From the NCBI RefSeq assembly GCF_009914755.1, contig NC_060929.1: 64,000 nt of DNA. One strand, given 5' to 3'. The DNA is from the human T2T-CHM13v2.0 reference genome, Homo sapiens. Shown here piece by piece: positions 51,967 through 64,000 of the stretch; position 1 is the first letter of the stretch, and the number at the start of each line of letters is the position of its first letter. A model generated the notes under the pieces. The model saw only the letters and a list, made by a program, of their open reading frames with translations, was not told the origin of the DNA and made no database searches. The position numbers were made by a program, and so were the translations under genes.

Positions 51967-52843
51967 GTATCACACCGCCTGGCTGGGTTGGTTTGGGTAC
52001 CCTTCTCGAGGAGGCAGCAGGAATGGACTAGCCTGGCTCCTCAAGGCCCCTTCCAGCCCTAAGATTCACAGACAAATGATGTGGAGAGATCTAGATTAGC
52101 AAAGAGAACCACCCCACCGCACTTGCATCCTTTGCACTTAAGGCACCCTGTAAGCGGGAGTTAATTGTCTAGTAGCCTCCTGTGTAAGTACCAATGTTAA
52201 CCCGCCTTCCACCCTGAACTTCAGCAGGCTGTGCAGTGCAGCTGATGCCACCAAGGGGGCGCCATCGCTCAGCCATGGGGTCAAAACGCTGAGGGTCAGG
52301 AACAGGTGTGGGAGGGGGTTCGTTCTGATCTTATCCCATTTCTCAGTTCCTCAGAATGTTAGTGCTGAAAGGGACTGGTGTGAGAAGGCATCTGGTCCAA
52401 CCCCCTCATGTTACATGAGACAACTGAGGCCCAGAGTGGGGGCTTTGTTGCCTAAGGTCACACAGCAAATCAGCAGCAGTGCCTGGCCTTGAACCCCGGT
52501 CTTTTGACTCCCAGTCCAGTGCTCCACCCATGGCATCTGTGGCCCTCTGGGAAAGCAGGGAGTGACTCCAGGGTGACACGTAATGAGGTTCTCCTCTGAT
52601 ATACACGCCCTTGGCCAAGCAGAGCAGGGAGCTACCTGGTGTGGCCAGGTCCACTGGCCCAGGGATGCCACGGGGCCCGGGTTGGCCATGAAGGTTTTCA
52701 CAGTTCCACATTTATTTCTCAAACCTTAAACTGGTGCTTCCTTAGGACAGTGCTTTTTAAGAGCAGACATCTGCAGAAAAAAAAAAATACATAAATACAA
52801 CATGAAGCAACCTTTTTCCCCGGGGTAGAGGGCCAGCTTCTGA

Positions 52844-53125
<282 letters not shown>

Positions 53126-53701
53126 TGACCCTAAGGGGCACATATCACCACCAAGGAAAAAACACATACACTTTCCAGTGGGCTTTTGGAGCTAGGAAAG
53201 GCCAGGTTCAACTCAGCTGTTCTGACTTAGCTAAATTTGTCCAGGAGATACTTGTGGCTAATTTGTCATAAAGTCCTTAGTAGAGCGGGATCAAAAACAA
53301 GAATACGTACATACAGACACACGGATGCTAGACTTTTGCTACTCAGCCGCAACCAAGCGCTAATTAGTACTTGCTGCTGCCAGCAGGGGAGGCTCTCGAG
53401 CTGCATCCCAGTCCTGTGTTCTTCACACTTCCTCTCCTTTTAGTAAGATGTATGTCCAGAGCAGAGGAAGAGTAGTATCTCAGGAACATGAGTCTTCATA
53501 TGTCTGCTGGCATTGACAAGAGTGATTGTAACAAACAGTACAAACTTCTCCATTAGAGAGTAGCCCGGGAAGGGCCTTCAAGGTCTCTAAACTGTATGGG
53601 ATCTGGCAATTATCACACGCGAGGAGTCAAGGAGCCACAATCCAGTTGAAAGTGGGCACTCGGGGGCCTGTCTTGACACTGTGTTTGTATAATGAACACA
53701 C

Positions 53702-54088
53702 TTTTTTTTTTTTTTTTGAGACGGAGTCTTGCTCTGTTGCCCAGGTTGGAGTGCAGTGGCACTATCTCAGCTCACCGCAACCTCCGCTTCCCAGGTTCAG
53801 GCTGGAGTGCAGTCGTGTGATCTCAGCTCACCGCAACCTCTGCCACCCAGGTTCAAAGAATCCTTCTGCTTCAGCCTCCCGAGTAGCTGGGATTACAGAC
53901 ATGCACCACTGTGCCCGGCTAATTATTTATTTTTTTAATTTATTATTATTATTATTTTTTGGTATTTTTAGTAGAGACGGGGTTTCGCCATGTTGGCCAG
54001 GCTGGGCTCAAACTCCTGACCTCAAGTGATCTGCCTGCCTCAGCCTCCCAAAGTGCTGGTATTATAGGCATGAGCCTCTGCGCCCGGC
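53702..54088 (-). mobile_element. Alu with internal 56-bp tandem duplication
   Basis: Antisense Alu about 385 bp long; duplicated segment at 53742-53797 and 53798-53853. Confidence 0.92.
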
Positions 54089-54403
54089 CACGAGCGTACT
54101 TTTCATGCTTAGGTTGCAGGTTTTGTAGGAGAGTGATGGCTTTGTAGGAGAGGGATGGGAACTATAGGGGCATCTAAAGCTCTAAAACATCACTGCCTCC
54201 TCTTCTCCCCCACCAGCCCACAACCACTGCCTCTCAAGCTTAACAAATGCTTGAGAGGCAGTAGATGTTAGGCTTGCCTTTAAGTAAAAGAGAGCAGGAT
54301 CTACTAATCAATATTAGTACCTGCTACATACCTAACACAGTGACAATAACAATGAAAATTAATAAAAACAATGAGAACTAAGGTCTTTTAGTTCTAAAAG
54401 TAA

Positions 54404-54589
<186 letters not shown>

Positions 54590-55076
54590 TAAGAGGCAGG
54601 ATTGGGCCAGCAAGTGGCTCCTGGGGTACAAGTAGAGGGCAGTTTGCCAGGGAGATCCGTTCTTTCCAGAAGGAAGCACTGAGTTGACAAGAAATGAGGC
54701 CATATGTCCCACCACAGGGAGAGCTCAGCCAGACAGAATCATTTAATTCAGCCTTGCAGATAAATTCTGAAGTTTCCCAGCCCAACTGCCCTTCCTATGC
54801 CTTGTCAGCCTCATAACAGCTATGCTCAGAAAAGAATCATCTCAGGAGCAGGTAGCTTGTATTCTTAACTGCTACCTGATGTGTTTTAGTCCCAAATGAA
54901 TTTTTACAAGTCTTGGTTTTATTTGCACCCTGGACTTTTTCTTTGGACTGACTGTAAAGTAAGTTGCTTCTAAGCGGTGGAGGCTCAAGGAACGTAAGAG
55001 AGGGATGAAAGATGGTCTTTTCCTGACTGTGAACTTGTTTCTATTTCCCAAGCAAGTATAAAGCTGTCTTCCTTAA

Positions 55077-55247
<171 letters not shown>

Positions 55248-56219
55248 TAATCTTGTTCCAAATTCCGGACTTTTCCAGTCTTTTGCTATTAGCATGAAGT
55301 AGGAGTATCAGTGACTTGTTCTGGAGAGGAATCTCTGTAACCATGGCCATCAGAAGGCCTGTGTAACCTCTGAGGGCAGAAGTACAAACTGAGACACCCA
55401 GCTCAGGGCCTGCTGCCTTTCTCTTCCCACCCACAAACTCTGTGCTGCACCATGAAGGGCTTCATGTGCATGTGTATAAATACCCAAGCTCTGCCTGCCA
55501 ACTCTGCTCAAAAACAGTGGCCCTTGGCTAGACCTAAACCCTAGGGTCACACACACCCATAGTGGAGTCCACCCTCAGAGGGGAAGCCAGGGAAGAGAGC
55601 ACGTGGCCCTGGAAGAGGCTTGAGCCGCCTGTAGAAGGCTTCTCAGAACTGGTTCTAGAAGGGGAGAATGGGGCCTGAGTGCACACGCCCACCTTGACCT
55701 TATGGATTCTTTGCCTGGAGGGAGGTCCGCTGATGACCCTTGAAGCTCAAAGTGCAGGTCAGAGGCCTCGGTGACCTGGGTCTGAGGAAAGCACTAAACA
55801 CAGCGCTGGGGTTTTGTGTTCTGCATACCACGTAGGGTGTGAGATGAAAGATCTGAAAGCTTTTTGAATCATTAACCTTATGGAGCCAAGAGTCTGGTGA
55901 AAAAAGGACCAAAGGTTAATCACATAAATATTAAACATGAAAGACTTAAAATATTAAATCTGACAGTAAATAGGATCTGTTTCCTTTGACTCTTACCTAG
56001 CTACTGCCTTTGCCCCATCTCATGGTCATGTCCTGCTCTTGCCATTTCTGAAATATTTGGTTTGATTCTTCATGTCTGTGTGAATTATCTTCCCACCTGA
56101 GCATCACAGTCTATCACTGATGATGAGACCCTGAAATGGCAAGACTTTATTCATTAAAAACCAAAGTTATGTAAGCAAAGTTTGAAGGAAGGCGCTTTTA
56201 AATGTGACTATCAACTTCA

Positions 56220-56729
<510 letters not shown>

Positions 56730-56898
56730 TCACTGACTGAGGACCCTGAGAGCAAGGGACCAAATCTCCCAAACTTAGCCACAGAATATTTTTCCCCTTC
56801 AAAGCGTCTTTCCCCAGAATGCACTCTGGGCAATCCTGCCTGACTGCTGTCTTTCAGTTGGCTCAGTTTCTGTCATAAAGCTGAACGGGCACCAGTGA

Positions 56899-57000
<102 letters not shown>

Positions 57001-58454
57001 TAGGAAAGCCCCAGAGCTGTGAGTAGCAATCTCTTAAGACTGCCACCTAGAAGACATGATTTTCTGTTGTGAAACCTCCCTTCTTCTTTAGCACCTTAGG
57101 AAAACAGAGCCATTCCACGGACCCGGACTGGGTGCTGAGATAGAGTGGAAAGGAAACTAGGCAGATAAAGGGCTAACCTCACACAGCCTGCAGTCCAGCA
57201 GGAAAGACAGACATCGACTAAAAGCCGATGAATGCACAGTGACAAGGAGGTTACATGCTGTCTGTGAGGGAAAAGCTCATGGGAATGTACGATGGTTAAA
57301 CCTTTGGGGGCGGGGAACTAGAAAGGCCATCTTGCGGAAGTGGCATCTGAGTTCTTATCTGAAGTTGGTAGGAGTGAAGGAAGTAAAACGAGGTGAAGGA
57401 TGGGGCAGGACGTTGCAGGCAAAAGGAACTGCTTGTGCAAGGACCCTGCGGTGGGAGTATGATGATAACAGCATGCCAACTTCACAGGGCTGTGGGAGGA
57501 TTCCTGTGGATTAATACATGTCAGTGTCTCTTCACCACCACTAGAGGGGGCAAGCTGCATGCTAAGGCTGGGGAGTGGGCAGGGCCAGAGCACACCAGCT
57601 TTGTAGCTGTTTCTCCCGGGAGTGGAATGCCTCCGAATGGTTTCAAAAGTACAACCGTGACCCGATTCGATTTTTATTTACTTTTGAAAGTTTACTCTCT
57701 TAAAAATATAAATGTATGGAGAATGAATTGGAGAGGAATGGGTGTGTGCAAACCAGACAGGAGGCCAGTGAAGAAGTCTGGATCAGAGATGTATCAAGCT
57801 TTAGAGGCTCCTTGGTATTGCCAGTATATGTTGATTCAGACCCTCGTGAGTTCTTGGGTTTCAAGGACCTGTAACAGCATTGATCGAGGAAAACCTCAAA
57901 TTTTATATATAGGTATTTCCTTTCTTATTGGAAATCCAAACATACCAACCAGTAATTTCAAGGATAGTTCCTTACTTTAATAATTTTTCTATGAAAAGGA
58001 TTTGCTTCATTTTGCTTTTAACAGCCAAAGTAGCCCTGATATATTTCAAAGAGGAGTTGATGTGCAGCACACACAAGTGTCTGTTAACACAGGATGTGCA
58101 TTAAATAACGCGACTCTTAAATGCTGTAAAGTATTGAAAGCATGCACGTAGGATTTCAAGGAAAGCAGAGAACACAGCCTTTCACAAAGTAGTCAATAGG
58201 CATCTGTGGATTGAATGGGATGTGGTTCTAACAGTGAGTTGAGTTTCTGGCTTCTGTAAGACAATTCTGATTCCAAATACACTGTTCCATCATCTATATA
58301 AACAGACTCAGGCGTGTCGAACCCTGGGTCTTCCTTCTTCAGACATATGGGCTTTTATCTACACCCTTCCCTGTAAGATCAGTGATTTTTTAAAGTGTGG
58401 GAAGTTGAGGAGGTTGAGAGATTCAGGGAAAGCCCAGGAAGAAAACCATGAGCT

Positions 58455-58775
58455 AGGTCAGTCCTGTTCATTCAAAATGCCATGTGGCCACAAATATGAG
58501 CCAGAGATGTTATTTTAAATTTTTTAGCAGACATATTTTAAAAAGGAAAAAGAAGCAGATGAAATTAATTTTAATAATATATTTTATTTAACCCCACATA
58601 TCCAAAACATTATAATTTTGACATACACTCAATATAGACATTATTAGAGATTTTTCATTCTTTTCTTCTAAGTCCTCAAAATCCTGTTTACAGCCCATCT
58701 CAATTTGGACCAGCCACATCTCAAGTGTTCAGTAGGCACATGTGGCTGGTGGCTACTACTTTGGACAGTGTAAAT
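58455..58775. mobile_element. hAT-Charlie MITE (MER33-like)
   Basis: gaaattaattttaataatatattttatt...cagccacatctcaagtgttcagtaggcacatgtggctggtggctac...ttggacagtg. Confidence 0.7.
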
Positions 58776-59189
58776 ATAGATGGTGTCTCTTTCTTGCGTA
58801 AAACCTTTTGGTGCCTTTTAGTTATGTCTAGAATACACCTAGCCACTTTACTATGGCCTGTGTGGCCCTACCTGGTTTGGCCCTGGTCTCATGTTATAAA
58901 TTCATTTTGCACCATGCTCTCCAACCTGCACTATACTTTATCCACACTGGCCATCTTTCCTTTTCTTAAATGTAACCAAGCTTGTTGTGTAAATGATAGT
59001 GTTCCCTTAGATCTTTCCAATTTTATCATTCAGGTCTCTGTTTAGCAAAACTTCTTTAGAGAGACTTTGGACTTCCTAACTCCAAATGATCCCATTTTCT
59101 TATTTTCAAAGCACTTCTCCTCTGCAATCCATGCCTCAGTGTGAAAGATAGTAACACTCTCAGCTCATAGGGTTGTGGTGAGATTTAAA

Positions 59190-59190
<1 letters not shown>

Positions 59191-59232
<42 letters not shown>
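59191..59232. repeat. (TG)n microsatellite, about 21 units
   Basis: Read directly. Confidence 0.97.
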
Positions 59233-59236
<4 letters not shown>

Positions 59237-59615
59237 TGTTTAAAGTGCCTGGGAAATAATAAACACTATGCAACTGTTACCTATTATCTGAAATTATTCC
59301 ATTCCTCTGTTTGTGTTTATATTATCAGTCTTTCCTCACTCGAATATAAACTCCATGAGGACAGGAACTTTGTATTCCCAGTACCCAGAATGTTTCCTGG
59401 GATACACCAAGCAGGCACTCAATTGCTTTTGCAGTAAATGAATAAAAGAGGAAAGTGGCTCAACTTCTGTGTTGCCCATCTTTAACTTAGAAACTCTGTT
59501 TCACATATTGAGCTTCTGTGACTGAAAAGAAATTTGACGTAACTTGTCTAGAGCAGAAAACAATTTTACTTAAGTTATATAAGATAGTGCTCTGTGGGTA
59601 GATCCTATGATCTGA

Positions 59616-59933
<318 letters not shown>

Positions 59934-61593
59934 TAGCACAGCCTCAGGATCTCATAAACAATAAAGAGGCATTGGGCTTCCTTTGGCTCAAGTTCTGGGC
60001 TTCTCCACCCATCTATAGCCAACCTCTGACAAGTTATGGCAACCAAAGCCTTTGTCTTCTCATCATAACCTGCAGCCCACTTTTTTCAGCTGGGACTGCC
60101 ACTTAGAGATGGGTAAATCTGTCCCTGAACAGGGCCCAAGTGCCGGTCTAAGTGAGGAAGACTGTGGCGCCTTTGAAATGAAAGCATGTCAGGGCAAATC
60201 CACGGTAGAAATTGGGTTTTTTGTGTGCAGAGTTGGTTTCTATTAACATTTGACCCTATATGTAGAGGAGATGTTGCTGGGAACTGAGAAACATCCCCAT
60301 TTAATAATATTAATGTGAGGCAGACAGACAGCATAAGAGATGCCCCAGCAGATGTCGAGCCCTCCTCCTACAGCCCTGCTGTTGGCCAAGCGGGTGGCAA
60401 AATGGCCTTTATGCTGTGACGTCTGTGTGCTTATTATGTGGTCCTGGTCTTTGTGAAAGGGCCAGGCTGAGGCTAAGATCATGCCAGAGGTGAAAAGGAA
60501 AGAATTCATCTCAGAAACCCTGGACATTCCCATTACTATGAGAAATCCAAGGGAGATGGAGAATCATTAAGAGGGGGGAAAAATAGAATTTGTACTTCTG
60601 TCAACAACAGGGGCTCAATGAGAGCTTTTCTTTCACCCTTTCAGAAGATTACTGCTATCGGTTACAATGCAGCCAGAATTAGCCACAGGATATTAAATAC
60701 TGAGGGCTTTATGTGTGCATAAGATGGCTATAAGGGGCCCTGGTCAGTTGGTAGAAAATTGATGCCAAAAGAGAAGTTGAAAAATAAAATAGTTAAGAAT
60801 AATCATTTGACACCTAGCAAAGTGCTGTGGACACAGCAGGTACTCAACAAATGTTCATTGCTATCTACATAGCAGCTGCAGTAATGCCCGCGTGTACCCC
60901 AGTGGAAAGTACCTTAAGTTATATTTTCCATTCTGTAATCAGACCTTCATCCTCTTGCTTTTAAATTTTCCCTCATGAAGGCACAATGTGGGCCCTTGCT
61001 GAGGCAGCTGCTGTGCCCTGGTGACTGAATTGAGTGCAAGAAAGATGGCAGAAAGAACCCCAGGGCTAAATTTGGGATGTCAGCAGAAACACTTATGGGA
61101 AGCCAGAGCCTACCCTGAACCTCTTCCCACAGCCTGAGTGAATCGTATTTTTCCTAAACTTCCTGTGTTTCAAGCCTACAGGGAAGTTGAAAGAATAATA
61201 CGATAAACACTTATTTATCCCCTAGCCAGATTTGCAATTATTAATGTTTTACCATATTTAGTTCACATTCTTTCTCTCATGTATGTATTTTCTCTCTAGC
61301 ACTTATACAGTGCGTATGTTTGTGTGTGGGGGATGAATATACATACTTTTGTTCTTAACTATTTGAGAGTTTAAGTTGCCAAATCATGACATTTCACCCC
61401 TGAATGCTTCAGCCTATATCTCCTAAGAACAAGGACGTTGTCTTATAAAAACAGAATAGAATGATGATACTCAGGAAATTTGACAATACTACTTTCTAAA
61501 TACAGTTCCCATTCGTCCCAGTTATGTCCTTTGTAATTTTAATCCAGTTTCTTATCGGTGCATGCACGTAGTTGTCAGGTGTCAGCGCGAATC

Positions 61594-62231
<638 letters not shown>

Positions 62232-62238
62232 AGTGTGA

Positions 62239-62442
<204 letters not shown>

Positions 62443-62989
62443 TAGAAGCCTAGATGGGGACTGTAGTTAGTCTAGTGCTGGGCCAGTTAAAGAGGGGCAG
62501 TGAGTCTCTTTCCCATCTGAATGGAGCTGGGAAAGAAAAACTTACACAGAATAAGAGTAATCTTACGTTCCTGATTGCCTTGGGAACGATAGCATGGAGG
62601 GGGTCTCCTTGAGATTTCTAGAGATGGCCAACCCTCAGACACAGCTGCATGTCCTTAGGATCCTGCAGGCTGAGCAAGTAGGTGAGGGGTCCTAAGAAGC
62701 TAGGGAAAATTGCACAAGAGGGTTGGCTTCACAGGTGTGCAGTAGTATAAGGCCCAGAAGGGCTTTGCAGCTGGTTTACCATTCTGCTTCACTATCTTGA
62801 AATTCTTAAACAAGGGGGCCCCACATTTTCATTAAACATTGCACCCTGCAGATTATGTAACTGGTTCTGATGCACAAGCCTGGAATAGGCCTACTCCTTT
62901 CTCCCAGAAAACAGCAATTAAAACGACTCTCTGCTAATTCTCTCTCTTCAAGAATTAGAGTAAACTTGACTGGTTGTTCTTTCAGTGAA

Positions 62990-64000
62990 TCAAAGGAAGA
63001 TTTCAGTGCCTTCAAAAGCGAATGAACAGAAGGAGTGGGAAATGGAAAATCACCGTTAGAACATAATAAAAATTGTAGGCAAGATCTGTCAATGGTTGCT
63101 AAAATAAGTGGGCAGAACTTTGAGAAAAATACTGCATGATTTCTCTTATATGAGGTTCCTACAGTAGGCAAATTCATGGAGACATAGGGTAGGTTGCCAG
63201 GGAAGAGGAAGATGGTGTTTGATGGATACAGAGTTTCAGTTGGAGAAGGTGAGTTTCACTTCTAGAAAAGGATGGTGCTGATAGTTGCACAACCATGTGA
63301 ATGTACGTAATGCCGCAGTACACCTACAAATGGTTAAAATGTTCAATTTTATGTACATCTTACCACAATAACAAAATTTTTTTAACCAAAAAATCTTTGA
63401 GAAGAAATAGGATACTTGCATAGTCTCAAAGTATCTCCCCCAAGATGTTTATTAATTACAAAGGGAAGAATGACTCTACAATGGAGAAAATTAGCAGACA
63501 CCATCTTAACCAAGTATCAAAGTTAATATTACCAGTAAGACATATTATTGTTATCAACATATATTCTTGCCAAAATGCACAATCTCAATCTAATTATGAG
63601 AAAATATCAGATGAACCCAAATCGAGTTCCATTTAAAAAAAAAAAAGTGAATGATACTTTTCAAAAGTGCGCAGGTCTTGAGAGACAGGAAAGACTGAAA
63701 ACTGTTACAAATTAGGAAAGAATAAGGGAACCTGACAACTAAATGCAACATGGAATCCTAGATTGAATCTTAGAACAGAAAAAGGACTTTAGTGGGAAAA
63801 CTGGTGAAACCTGAATAAAGCCTGTCATTCAGCTAATAGTGTTGTACCAAAGTTAATTTCCTTCATTTGATGATTGCACTATGGTTCCGCCAGATGTTAA
63901 CAGTGGGGAAGCTGGGTAAAGGATATGCAGGGTATGCTGTTTTTACAACTTTTCTGTAAGTCTAACATTATTTTTAAATAAAGTTGGTTTTTATTTTAAG
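62990..64000 (+). mobile_element. Old L1 (L1MC-like) 3' fragments, sense orientation
   Basis: ggatacagagtttcagtt, aaatggttaaaatg, aactaaatgcaacatgg, tgttttacaacttttctgtaagtctaa. Confidence 0.75.

Noticed and set aside
57393-57980. Longest ORF-track entry (195 aa, +)
   Set aside because: Non-ATG start, overlaps L2-like remnants, no recognisable domain or exon structure; consistent with chance
63246-63254. Consensus donor AAG|gtgagt in intron 21
   Set aside because: Within L1-derived sequence with no convincing paired acceptor; isolated consensus donors are common

Overview
Primate (most likely human) genomic DNA lying wholly inside the + strand gene CYFIP2 (cytoplasmic FMR1-interacting protein 2 / PIR121, WAVE regulatory complex subunit). 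The window starts in the intron upstream of the ATG exon. It contains 20 consecutive coding exons (ATG at 14292 to the exon ending at 62394) that I spliced by hand into an uninterrupted 2385-nt frame (aa 1-795), plus a 75-nt in-frame cassette exon at 51892-51966. Exon numbering assumes one non-coding first exon upstream of the window; the gene continues past the 3' end. Introns are dominated by Alu, L1, L2/MIR, MaLR/ERV1 LTRs and DNA-transposon fossils; repeat boundaries and subfamily names are by eye. There are no prokaryote-type features (CRISPR, rRNA, operons), and nearly all ORF-track entries are spurious. I found no convincing new gene or protein system. The most interesting signals are RNA-processing architecture: an exon/intron hairpin over the K320 A-to-I recoding site that includes the splice donor, an exon starting with GTATGT and ending at a GC donor, a cassette exon with a long CU-rich AG-free zone, an L1-derived acceptor region, and candidate cryptic exons. 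There are also several unusual transposon rearrangements.
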